A DNA stretch of 64,000 nucleotides. It comes from Eledone cirrhosa (Eukaryota). The stretch lies in contig OZ024742.1 of the NCBI GenBank assembly GCA_964016885.1, positions 315,518,001 through 315,582,000 of the forward strand, in the 5' to 3' direction. Below, one piece after another: positions 49,814 to 62,476 of the stretch (within the stretch, counting starts at the first letter, position 1; each line of letters starts with the position of its first letter). The translations under genes were made by a program, and so were the position numbers. Below the pieces are notes generated by a model, which did no database searches, was not told where the DNA came from, and saw only the letters and a list, made by a program, of their open reading frames with translations.

Positions 49814-51148
49814 GCATTATAATCTCATATAATTTAATTTCACTTTCATTAATATCGAATGTTATCATTTTTTTCTCTCGATATTTTAAACATTTAACTC
49901 ATAAATCATTTGGACTTTACATATATATAAGCTACATTTCAACTTCATTTTATTGGCGTTATATATATATAATATTGCGAATTCAATTCTCTTTGAAAGA
50001 GAATTAGATTCGCAATCGTGAGTTTCTATCCCCTGGCAAGACAATTTCATTTATACATTGTTTCCTCGGTTCAATATATAGTTGAAAAAGAAGGAACGAA
50101 ACACAAGAGGCAATCGTAGTTATATTAGGTCCACGCTATATATATATATGATCTAGCTGTTTAACTTGTTCATACATATACACATCCACTCATAAACTTC
50201 CGGTTGTAACTTATTACTGGTTCTCAACAATACGAAGACACTTTCCTAGAAAATCTTAGATTTTGCATCATGCTAACAGTTTTCCTCGGCATCATGGAAA
50301 TTTACGACTCCATTTTAACAGTAAATCGAATCCAAGAAAAACTTTATATATCTAAATAGCACAGAAAAAAGGTAATATATTTAAAACAGTTAATATTCCG
50401 GTTTAAACTTTCTGTGATTTTATTTCTGTTCACCTATAAATCCTTCCTAACTTTCACGTACCCCAGAATTATTTCTTGTCTTATTTGTTTGTTTCCACAT
50501 GCTACTGTTGTTTGAAATTCACATATCTATGACAGTAATGTTTGTTTTCTTGTGTGTGTATATATATATATATATATTTTAGAAAGAAACGTTCCTTCAA
50601 CGTTGATTTTTTTTTTTTTCCTTCTATATTTGCTATGTCTAAGTCTCTTACTTATCAATTACATAAGTACAATTGAAAGTACATGCCTTAATCATATGTA
50701 TATATATGATTACAACATATATATATACGTAGCAACATATATACACGTTTCAGACTTTTACCAAGCGCTACGGGATGGATGAAGTTAATATAACGAGTAG
50801 TGTGTTCATGCGCGAAAATGCTATAAAATAGCTTTTATATATATATTTTAATTTTTATTTATAATATATATATATAAAGAGAGAGAGTCCTCCAAAAAAT
50901 GTATACACACGTTTATTATAATGCTGTTGAAGTGTGCATACATTTTTTGGAACACCCTGTATGTATGTATGTATGTATGTATGTATGTATGTATATATAT
51001 ATATCCAGGGAGTGTAACGCGGTGTTACTGTAGGCTCAACTAGGTGAGCACGCGATGTTTAGGTTCACGTCAGTATCGAGGTGTAGAGCTAGACAGTGTA
51101 GTATAATAATATAACAAGGACGAACGGTTACTCCTTTATTATATATAT

Positions 51149-51317
51149 TTGTTTCTACTTTAGGCACAAGGCCAGCAATTACCCAGTTCATTACTGGTAC
51201 TTTATTTTATCGACCCCGTAAGGATGAAAGGCAAAGTCAACCTCGGCGGGATTTGAACTCGGGACGTAACTATGCTGGAAAGCATGGCGTCCGACCCTCT
51301 ACCGATACTGCCAATCC
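51149..51317 (-). mobile_element. SINE group B, left member of an inverted pair
   Basis: TSD tttattatatatatt at 51135-51149 and 51318-51332. Confidence 0.9.
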
Positions 51318-51336
51318 TTTATTATATATATTGAAG

Positions 51337-51521
51337 GGCGGTGGATTGGCAGTATCGGTAGAGGGTCGGACGCCATGCTTTCCAGCATAGTTACGTCCCT
51401 TTAAGATCTGAGTTCAAATCCCGCCGAGGTTGACTTTGCCTTTCATCCTTACGGGGTCGATAAAATAAAGTACCAGTAATGCACTGGGTAATTGCTGGCC
51501 TTGTGCCTAAAGTAGAAACAA
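51337..51521 (+). mobile_element. SINE group B, right member of an inverted pair
   Basis: TSD attatatatattgaa at 51321-51335 and 51521-51535. Confidence 0.9.
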
Positions 51522-51937
51522 TTATATATATTGAATAGCGAAAATATACGTCAGAAAATTTCACTCTCAGATTAAATGTCACTGCTGCGTATTAAGCACA
51601 ACATTCTGTCTTGGTCTGAAACGCTTATAAGTAAAGCAGATAGAAGGTCTAACTACATTTAAGGTTCGACACCGTTGATAAGAAGACATCAGTTTAAACA
51701 AATCTTTTTTTAATTTTTTAGCGGAAGTCAACTTTTGTTGCTGGAGCATAAGACTGATTTACACCAATAAAGAATCTCGACAGTTTGATGAAATATGACT
51801 AAGTGTTTGGAAGTTTTACAGAAAAGGATATCACAGATTAACATACATGAGCTAGAGGCTTTAAGAGAAACCAAACACTGAAAAGTAGTTTTCTTTAAAC
51901 ATTGACGACCGCCATTAACCTTTATTAGAGTTACGGA

Positions 51938-52047
51938 GCCCTTTGCGTTCTGAATTCAAATCCCGCCGAGGTTAACTTTGCCTTTCATCCTTACGAGGTC
52001 GATAAAATAAAGTACCAGTTATGTACTGAGATAATTGCTGGCCTTGT
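51938..52047 (+). mobile_element. SINE group B, 5'-truncated
   Basis: Matches 51397-51521. Confidence 0.85.
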
Positions 52048-52627
52048 GCCAAAAGTAGAAACAATTATTATTTGAGCGATTGAAGATGAAAGTTAAAGGT
52101 AAGAAAGTATTTATTTTTAAGTATACCAAACAATTATAAATAATTAATAATTATTAGAAATATGTTCAAAACCACCGACAATGGTTGAAAGACCTCTGGT
52201 CGATATTTATATCACATGGCCGATAGCTGCAGCCAGCCAGCTATATTTCGAGACCTTGTGATACAAAAGTCAACCTTTTTCGTTACCATATTTCTTATGA
52301 TTTTCAGGTAATTTTGAAAATAATCAAAAATTTGGCTAGTCTTTGGAACATAAAGGTTCTCGTATAAAATTGAGAAGGAAGGTTTTAATATAAATATAAA
52401 CTGTTTTATATCATTGAAAGGCCAGTTTCATGTGAGTTGGTAACCAAAGGGTTAAAATAAGAAATGAGTCTTTAATGAAAGGTGAAGCTAGTTTGCTCAA
52501 TCTTAACATCAAGTTATATTTTATAGAACTGCCGCATACATATTTCTACATAACAAACACTGAAATTGTAATAACCTAATGTAAATTTTGTTACGTTTGA
52601 CAAATTTATTTATGAGGAACATACCGC

Positions 52628-53394
52628 GGCGACATCCAATTTTAGTGGACTAAATGCTGCTTACGTGCTGTAGTTGCTGCTTACTTCAATGTATGAGGCT
52701 ATTCTAACAAATTTACATTCCCTTTTTTTTAGCCGTTAAAAGAAATATAGATTTATTTATTGTTTTTTTTTTTTTTGCGATTTATTTGCCACTGGGGCAT
52801 AGATTTCTTTATTTGCCACGTTTTTGTTTGTTTGTTGTTTTTTTTGCCGATCTGTGGTGTCGCCCGCCAAAAAATGGTCCTCTTCTTCCGATACCACTTC
52901 GAAAGAAGGATCAAGGTGGAGAGAAAGGCACTCAGTCCCAGCCAATTCCATGAAAAATGGGTGAAAGTAGCAATAATGGCCCATCTCTCTATATCGGCTT
53001 GTACAGGTAAGAGAAGGGAGCACCCCCCCTCTCTCTGTGCTCCCTGGCAGAAAGGTCGCACACTTTCTACGGGGGGTGTGTGACCCCAAAAGGCTGCCTC
53101 TCTATTGAGGACTTAATTTTTTATATTCCTTTTTAATCACTCGTTAAATGTTTGTACTTGATTTTTGTAAAAACTTCCCCCGCCTATTGCTGTAGTGGCA
53201 AATAAATCGCAAAAAAACAAACAAACAAAAACGTGGCAAATAAATCGCAAAAAAACAAACAATAAATAAATCTATATTTCTTTTAACGGCTAAAAAAAGG
53301 GGAATGTAAATTTGTTGGAATAGCCTCATACATTGAAGTAAACAGCAACTACAGCACGTAAGCAGCATTTAGTCCACTAAAATTGGATATCGCC
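52628..53394. mobile_element. Merlin-type non-autonomous element (767 bp)
   Basis: GGCGA...TCGCC termini, inverted arms of roughly 160-200 bp homologous to those of 48506-49285, perfect 8-bp TSD cataccgc. Confidence 0.85.
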
Positions 53395-54068
53395 CATACC
53401 GCTTCTAGCAAGTGCACATACACGTCCGTTTTTCCTTGCTCGCATAGTTCACCCCAGACAGATACACATGGGCAAAATACACTACTCCAACACGCATACC
53501 TGCTCGTACAGACACACACAGAAAAATAAAGACATGCACATCCACATAATGCACCGCATAAACATATTAGTACCAAGGACAGATTGGGACGCACCACACC
53601 CACCCCGGCACGCTCGGCTAATTACCCGCGTACCTAACCCATCTTTTTAAACACTTTCCCCTTCTTTCTCCTAACTTTACTCCTCTCGGTGAAAGACTAT
53701 CGTCCGATATGTTGTGACATTCCTTTCCCAACCAGCGTGAAACTGATAAAACCGTGAAATTGTCTCTCTATCTCTCTATTTAAGAGGCATGGAGTTCGAT
53801 TCTTCATAGCATCTGCTGACCACTTTCGTCTACAGGAGGATTTTCTAAGATACTATTTATAGCTATCGAATGTGGTTACAATTATTTTCTGCGTTTAAGA
53901 TTTCTACATTTTCTAACCAATTTGGAAGAAAACAAAATAACGTTGAGTTCTTAATTTTAATTGCATTGTCATGCACTGATGTCCATCTTTTCAGTTCGGT
54001 GGGCTTAAACATGCCATTATTAGACTATTTTAGTAAAAAAATGCAGTGAAATCCTCAAATTATATATA

Positions 54069-55019
<951 letters not shown>

Positions 55020-55063
55020 TCAGAGCAAAATTTAATGTATAAAAATCAATACAATATAATTAC

Positions 55064-55131
55064 CTCATTACCAGAGGTTTCCCGAATGAGGCGAATACGA
55101 AATAAACGAATTCATTCGTTCGTCAGACGAG
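55064..55131 (-). ncRNA. Type I hammerhead ribozyme motif
   Basis: Minus strand ctcgt-CTGACGA-a-cgaatga...tcattcg-g-GAAA-cc tct gg-TA-atgag; A.G mismatch at the base of stem II. Confidence 0.6.
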
Positions 55132-55146
55132 ATATATATATATATA

Positions 55147-56371
55147 CAGGGTGTGGACGATATTTGTTCGCAATTTTCAACTGCTAATTTTATGCAAATT
55201 TTATTTTTTCCATTGTCACTCTTGTCTTTATAAAAACAGTGACTATATTTGCATTATTTATTTTCAGAATAATTGATTATGAATAATTTTGAACCTCCAA
55301 ATTTGTGGAAGAGACACGGAGTTCTTCTTGAAATCTGCGCAAGGAAGACAATTAAGGAAATTTCAGACTTTCTCAGCGTCAGCAGGAGAATGGTGGAAAA
55401 GGTCAGAAAGGAAAACACATGATCAACGATCTGACGCCTTCAGAATGCCCGAGTTCGTCGCTGAAGTTCAGGATATCATCAAGTCGATGCGTGCCATTGC
55501 AAGGGAGAAAGGCATGGATGAAAAGCTCATTAGGCTGGTGGTACATGAAGACATTCGCTACGTTTCATAGAAGATGAGGAAAGGACAATTTCTGTCAAAG
55601 GCGATGCAAGAAAAGCGACTGAAGCACGCAAAGAAGCTGATCAACAAGTTGAAACACCCACTGGAGCCAGAGATGCTGTGGTTTTTCTCCGACGAGAAAA
55701 ACTTCTGCCAAGACCAGAAGATCAACTCCCAGAACAACAGGTGGCTCGCTGTCTCATCCAAAGACGTGCCCAGAGTCCTGCAAAGAAAGTTTCCAGCGAC
55801 AACATTGGTGTTAGGTGTCGTCATGCCACCTCACTTCTTTCCTGAAGGCCTCAAGCTGAACACCGATGGCTACATCCGTGTTCTGAGCGAGGTAGTAAAG
55901 CCCTGGTTCGACCAGGTAGCTGCAGGTAGGCCGTATGTGTGTCAGCAAGACTCAGCGCCCTGCCATACCAGCCGAAAGACCCAAGCCTGGCTGTCAGAAC
56001 TTCGTCGACCACACTTCACCTGACATCTGGCCTCCCAGCTCGCCTGACTGCAACCCCCTCGACCTCTTTGTGTGGGGCGCAGTGGAACGAGACACCAACA
56101 GATCTAGCTGCAATACGAAAGATGATCTGAAGGCCAGGATCACAAGTGCCTTTAGGGGCCTAAGTCAGGGGACAGTGACGAAGGCCTGTAGCTGGTTCCG
56201 AGGCCACCTTGAGACCGTCATCAAAGCCAATGGCGGGCTTATCGAATGAGATCAAAAGAACAAGTCATGAAGACACACTGACCCAAGTTTGATAAATATA
56301 TCTTAAAAAATAAAACTACTGTTATTTTTTCCTAGACAGTAATCTTGCGAACAAATATCGTCCGCACCCTG
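55147..56371 (+). mobile_element. DD37D (maT) Tc1/mariner transposon with both termini, inactivated
   Basis: ta|cagggtgtggacgatatttgttcgcaa ... ttgcgaacaaatatcgtccgcaccctg|ta; FFSDEKNF, QQDSAPCH and WPPSSPDCNPLD with 37 residues between the second and third D after repairing a frameshift near 55997; stop at 55568. Confidence 0.92.
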
Positions 56372-56376
56372 TATAA

Positions 56377-57008
56377 CATCATCATTACCGTTTTACATCC
56401 GTTCTTCCACGCTAGCATGGGTTAGACGGGTTGTCCTGTTGTAGGCAGTGTCCAGTCAGCTGACCTTGTCTTGCTCATACAGGAACTGATTCTGGCTTGA
56501 TTTCTACAGCTGAATGCCCTTCCTAACACCAACCTCATTTACAATGAGTGCTGGGTGCTTTTTTGCCGTGGCGCCTACACGACCACTTTACAGTGGGATG
56601 GGGTAGGGCATATTGTCTATATGCTTCAGCTTGTACCCATGGGAGGTCGGGTACTCTGTATTACTGCGTGCCGCCAGAGGTCACGGTCGTGTGTCATCGC
56701 CCTTGAGAGGTGCAGTTGGGTATGGTCGGCTTTTATTACCTCATCCCAGGTCTGCTTGGGTCTCCCCACTCTGCGGCTTCTAGTGCTCTGCACGTTTTTA
56801 TGCAGCTGTCATCCTTCATACGCATCACATGTCCATACCAACGCATTTGATTCCTCTTATGCTCAGTCTCTCTCTCAATTCGTTTATGCTTTGCCGTTCG
56901 CGTATATTACTATTACACATCCATTGGAACATACAAGCTTCGTTTCTTTCTAATCTACACAAGTCTTCTACAGACAGCGCCCAGGTCTCACTACCATGTA
57001 ATATTGCT
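56377..57008 (-). mobile_element. RTE LINE 3' fragment, copy-2 subfamily
   Basis: Reverse complement of about 26665-27375 with small deletions; AILHGSETWALSVEDLCRLERNEACM. Confidence 0.92.
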
Positions 57009-57222
57009 GAGAGTGCTGAAAAGTTCTTGGCTTGATCGCTGCTACAGATGCCTGGTTGGAGGCCCAACCTTCCAAGTTTTATTTACAAGGCTTAGAAAAA
57101 CTGAAGGACCGCAGCAATAAATGTGTGAATCTGAGAGGGGAATATGTTGAATCAAATCATAATTAACTGATCATGCTGTATTTTCTTTTACTCATAGCCA
57201 GTAACTTTTCAACACCCCCTCG
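57009..57222 (+). mobile_element. Short mariner deletion derivative
   Basis: gtgctgaaaagttcttggct / agccagtaacttttcaacac TIR remnants; encodes the mariner C-terminal KCVNLRGEYVE. Confidence 0.8.
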
Positions 57223-57396
57223 TGTGTGTGTCGAGATCCGCCAACAGAACAGCTAACACATACACACATGTACTTCCCTGACATTTGTGTATTATTCTAT
57301 GTACTATATTGACGAGTTGTAGTGCACCTGAGCACTTTACACAATAATTTCATTATTATTATATATATATATACAAGTTAATATATTATACTCTAA

Positions 57397-57426
<30 letters not shown>

Positions 57427-57428
<2 letters not shown>

Positions 57429-57526
57429 GTGTGTGTCCCAAATCATGTATACACACTTCAACAGTCTTTTAATAATCATTGCCTGTACAGGTAATGAAAG
57501 TGTGCATACATTTTTGGAACACGCTG
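57427..57526. mobile_element. Tc1/mariner-type MITE
   Basis: Homologous to 6019-6118 and 50881-50959. Confidence 0.7.
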
Positions 57527-57558
57527 TGTGTGTATGTATATATATATATATATGTTTA

Positions 57559-57590
<32 letters not shown>

Positions 57591-58742
57591 GATGTATATA
57601 TTATGGGATATTCATATGATGATTACAGAAATCCTGGTGAAATGAGATGATGCTTTAGACTGAATTTATGATCAATTTCATATCAAACATAGCTTATATT
57701 ATTATCATGTGGTTGTATGAAATAAAGTATGATATTTGTTATATTGAAATCTAGATTAGTAGGATCAATGATATTATGGCCAGAGATTTTATTTTTTTTA
57801 TTTTTTTTTTATTTTTTTTTTTTATGGCAATAGTTGTAGAAGCCAGCAAAGTGGATATATGCAGGAGTACATTAAAAGGAATAGATAACTCAATATACAA
57901 TTTAGACCTAGATAATAAATTAATTTACTGGTTATTTTAATGAGTATGTGTGATCATGTTTGTCTAGGTCAGATAGGAGAGACTTATTTTAGTATGGTGT
58001 AATAATAGTGTTCTCATGTTTTTTAAGTGTCTGCAAGTAGTTGTTAAACCACTAAAACAGCTGGGTTAGTTTCTTATTAAAAAATTCCACGTGTATGTGT
58101 ATGTGTGTCTGTGTATATACATAATGATATTAATATGAAAAAGAAAGATATAAAAAATTTATAAGCGCTTAAAAATAGCCCGCAAGTCTTTTAATTTCAA
58201 TGAGCATGGACAGCTATCACATTTGGCTATATCACAGCACATCATGAAAGCTGCTATTGCTATTGACTCAACCAGAATCTTGTAGTGTTCAAATCATCTC
58301 ATAGTGACCCAGCAAGAGAAATGAGCAATGGTGGCAAAGCGAAAATTCTATGGATCATTAGATGAAGCACTGACATCTATCTATATATAAAGGAAGGAGA
58401 TGGTGAAAAAACTATAGCAAAACAACCGCTGGCGTTCCATTTGCTATGCCTTCTGTTTGTGTGAATGGCTGTGAGTGTACTTTTGTAAGTGTGTCTGTGT
58501 TTGCACGTTTATATTTATATACTCATACGTATAAATGTATGCACATACGCACACACACACATATTCAGATATGCATTAGCATGTTGAAAAGAATCCTAGT
58601 CAAATAAAAGAAGCAGCCAGAAGACATAGAAAGACTATAGCTAAAGAAGAAAAGAATGGATTTTGTTTCTCCTGAATGTGGTCTAGAATGCTAGTAATTA
58701 GTAAAGTGGTCATGGTTTAGGTGGTGGATTCACCATCGTAAG

Positions 58743-58897
58743 CAGGGCCTCCAACAGAAATTTTGCAAGGCGGTACAAGACCCCTTTGGGGCCCAAAGCA
58801 AGCAAAGATTTTTCTCAAAATGGATGTTGTATGGTTGCTGTGAGGCTTTCTTAGCTCTTGCACTCTTTAACCCCACCCCCATCCCCTATAGGCTCTG
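58743..58897. mobile_element. hAT-like MITE inside the tRNA head of a CORE-like SINE (about 58703-59130)
   Basis: Perfect 8-bp TSD atcgtaag (58735-58742, 58898-58905); termini cagggcct / aggctctg. Confidence 0.75.
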
Positions 58898-59449
58898 ATC
58901 GTAAGGTAGTGAGTTTGATTTCCACACTGGGCAATGCATAGTGTCATTCAGCAAGGTTTCATTTCATATTGCTTCAGTTCACTCAGCTAAAAGAAATGAA
59001 TACCAATGCATGACTAGGAGTTGCCCCCAGAATGGACTGGCAGCCCTTCCAGGTGGAAGTCATGCACTCTGAATCTCTTCAAGTCCATGTATGCAAAATA
59101 AGCACTGGATTAATGAATATCTGTGTGTGGGACAAACTTTAATTTAACTAACCATTTCCATAGTGGGTGAGCAATTTATAGATTGTCGTTGGTGTATGAT
59201 AAAACAAAACATTTTCTCTTTTCCATTTCTTACTGGCATTTTCATGTTTATGTTGTTGCTTCACGAGCCTGCCATTTTCATGTTTACATTGTTGCTTCAT
59301 GGATCTGGCAGACTGTATGGTGAATATGTTAACCCTGGAGGATGGTGAGAGAGATATGCTGAAAGAGCCAGCCCAAGTTGCAGAACTCTTTCTTGCAGAT
59401 AATCATCACCATCCTGATTTCAGTAAGCCTGTAGGTGCTTTGAAAACCC

Positions 59450-59675
59450 AGATGTTTCTACTTCTATGGAGAATGGCTGGTGTTTTAGTCAGCTTATGAT
59501 TTTCAGCCTGACAGGAACTGCTAAAGTGCAAAAGATCCTGCCCAACTCCAAGAATTTGTTCTTGCAATTAGGTTGGAGATCCAGGATGCGAGATGTTTCT
59601 ACTGCTATGAAGAATGGCTGATATTTTGTCCGCTTATGATTTTCAGCCTGTCAGGAACTGCTAAAGTACAAAAGA
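59450..59675. repeat. ~85-bp direct duplication
   Basis: 59450-59535 and 59591-59675 (agatgtttctac...gcttatgattttcagcctg.caggaactgctaaagt.caaaaga). Confidence 0.85.
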
Positions 59676-60172
59676 CTATATTGGTTCTAAAACACTTAGA
59701 AAGAATAGAATTTCTAAAAATGATGTTGTAAATAACCTTAGAGCACTTTCCAAATATATTTGGAGATCAATTTACATATGTCTGCATGAGTATGTGTGTG
59801 TGTAAATTTAAGGGAGTAAAGATGTATATATATATACATACCACACTAAATATTTGTGCATACCTGTTTGATAATAAATTTCCTCTCTCTATGTGTGTCT
59901 ATATAAATATAAATAAATATATATATATATTTATATATATATAAATATATAAATATATGTGTGTGTATAAGTTTTGAGAGACAAGTGAATGTATCTGTCA
60001 GCATGCATGCCTGCACAAGTATGTGTGTATGTGTGTGTGTTCTTAGACAACATGTGACTTTAAAATGGCCACACACAATGTAGTGATCAATAAATAGCTT
60101 AGTTTCTCCTACACATGCTGACAAGAATTCAGCAACTCACCATTCAGTCAATCAGATAAAGAGAAGGAAAGA

Positions 60173-60482
<310 letters not shown>

Positions 60483-61378
60483 AGACAGAGAAAGTAAAGG
60501 GGAGAGTAGACAGGACTGTCTGGACTATTGCAAATCTTCCGTTGCAATCAATGAAACTATGTTCATATATCTGTGTGTGGGTATTGTCTGTACAGAAAGG
60601 AATGTCTGCACATGCATCTCTTCTGTTTATATAGATTGTGTGCCTATATGTATGTGTATATATGAATATATATGAATATATATGTATGTGTATATATGAA
60701 TATATATGTATGTGTATATATGTATGTGTATATATGAATATATGTATGTGTATATATGAATATATGTGTGTGTATATATGAATATATATATGTGTGTGTG
60801 TGTGTGTATATATATATGAATGTGTATGTATATATGTGTATATGTATGTATGATGTATATAAAGTCGTTGATGATAGGAAAGGAATCCAGTCGTAAAAAG
60901 CTTGCCAAACAGAGGGTCGCATGGACCTTTCAGTCGTGGATGTGACAGTCAAGGACACGACAGCCTCACTAGTGTTTGGTGACCTACTCATAAACGCACC
61001 CAAAACATGGTGTAAAGTGTTTAGTGATAGGAAGGGCATCCATCTAACTCTTGCGTAACAATATGTTGGGAAGAACCTCAGTTGTGTCAAAGGCATCACA
61101 ACCTCCCCCTGTGCACTCAGTGAAACGTGAAACCATATATAAGGAAGATACAGATGACTGGGCTGTCTACGAGAGCAGTGGCTCTGCTTCAATACAGATT
61201 TGGTCTGTGTAGATCTGTCCAACCCTTGCTAGCAGGGAGAGCAGATATTAAAATGAAGATGATGATATGTGTGTGTATATATGTAAGTACATATGTGTGT
61301 GTGTGTGCGTGTATATAATGTGTGTGTGTGTATGTGTGCATGTATATAATATGTATGTATAATATATATATATATATA

Positions 61379-61660
61379 GGCAGTGAATTGGCAGAATCGT
61401 TAGAATTCCTTATGGTATTCGTTCTGGCTCTCAGCTCTCTGAGTTCAAATCCCGCTGAGGTCAACTTTGCCTTCCATCCTATCAAGGTCGATAAAAAAAA
61501 GTATCACTTTAGTATTGAGGTCGATTCTTCCTCTCTCTGGAAGAAATCTGCTGTTAACTTACCTGGAGAGGGATGAGCTCCGCCAGGCTTAAAATGCCCA
61601 AGAAACGCCATATGTCAATACGGTGCCTCTACGACTCAATCAAGAATTATGGGAGCATAC
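61379..61660 (+). mobile_element. SINE group B with an alternative long 3' tail
   Basis: Head ggcagtgaattggcagaatcgttaga, B-box-like gagttcaaatccc, group B core, then the tail shared with 14955-15090 and 47575-47680. Confidence 0.8.
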
Positions 61661-61706
61661 CAATATATATATGTATGTACTTACATATGTGTGTGTGTGT
61701 GTGTGT

Positions 61707-61829
61707 CATCATCATCATCATCATCATCATCATTTTACGGCCGTTCTTCCACGTTAGCATGGGTTAGACGGGTTGTCCTGTTGTGGGCAGTGTCTGGTCG
61801 GCTGACCATGCCTTGCTCATACAGGAACT
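61707..61829 (-). mobile_element. RTE LINE tail, copy-2 subfamily
   Basis: Reverse complement of 27261-27380. Confidence 0.9.
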
Positions 61830-61981
61830 GGATTTACCCTGACTCTGTGAACTTCCACCTGGACATTCTTTCGGATCACTAGACCTTTCATTGCTTTTTA
61901 TATATACCGATATCACACAACTCACAAACACTTTTCTTCCATTAAGCTCTCTTCCCGTCTTCCTTTACTTTTCTCATTTTA

Positions 61982-62017
61982 TTTTCTGATGAAAGATTAT
62001 CATCCGAAACGTTAAAA
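61982..62017 (+). ncRNA. Minimal type I hammerhead ribozyme motif
   Basis: tttt-CTGATGA-aagat tatc atcc-GAAAC-GTT-aaaa; same architecture as 11264-11299. Confidence 0.55.
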
Positions 62018-62476
62018 CTTTTCCTACTATATTAAGCATGAAACTAATATATATCTTCATTGTACTTTGTCTTCTGTGTATATTCACATACATATAATAT
62101 ACATATATATATATATATACATGTATGTATGTGTGTGTGTGTGTATGTATGTATATATTTGTGTGTATGTATGTATATGTGTGTATGTATGTATGTATAT
62201 GTGTGTATGTATGTATATATATTTGTGTGTATGTATGTATATATATTTGTGTGTATGTATGTATATTGTATATATGTATATATATATATATGCATATATA
62301 CATATATATATATATAGTAATAATAATAAATTTGAAGACTAAATTCCAAAGAGGACTAAGGCAAATAGAAATAACAAAGCAAATGACACAGTACAATGAA
62401 ATATATTATGCTTGATATAGTAGGAAAAGAGTGTAGTAGAAGAAAGGATATGTATATATACATGTGTGTGTGTGTT

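Noticed and set aside
52753-53089. ORFs inside the Merlin-type elements (also 48608-49130)
   Set aside because: No transposase motifs; the frames run through poly-A/T tracts and differ between the two copies.
58230-58252. tatcacagc resembles the miR-2 family 5' end
   Set aside because: Only nine bases match and there is no pairing arm upstream.
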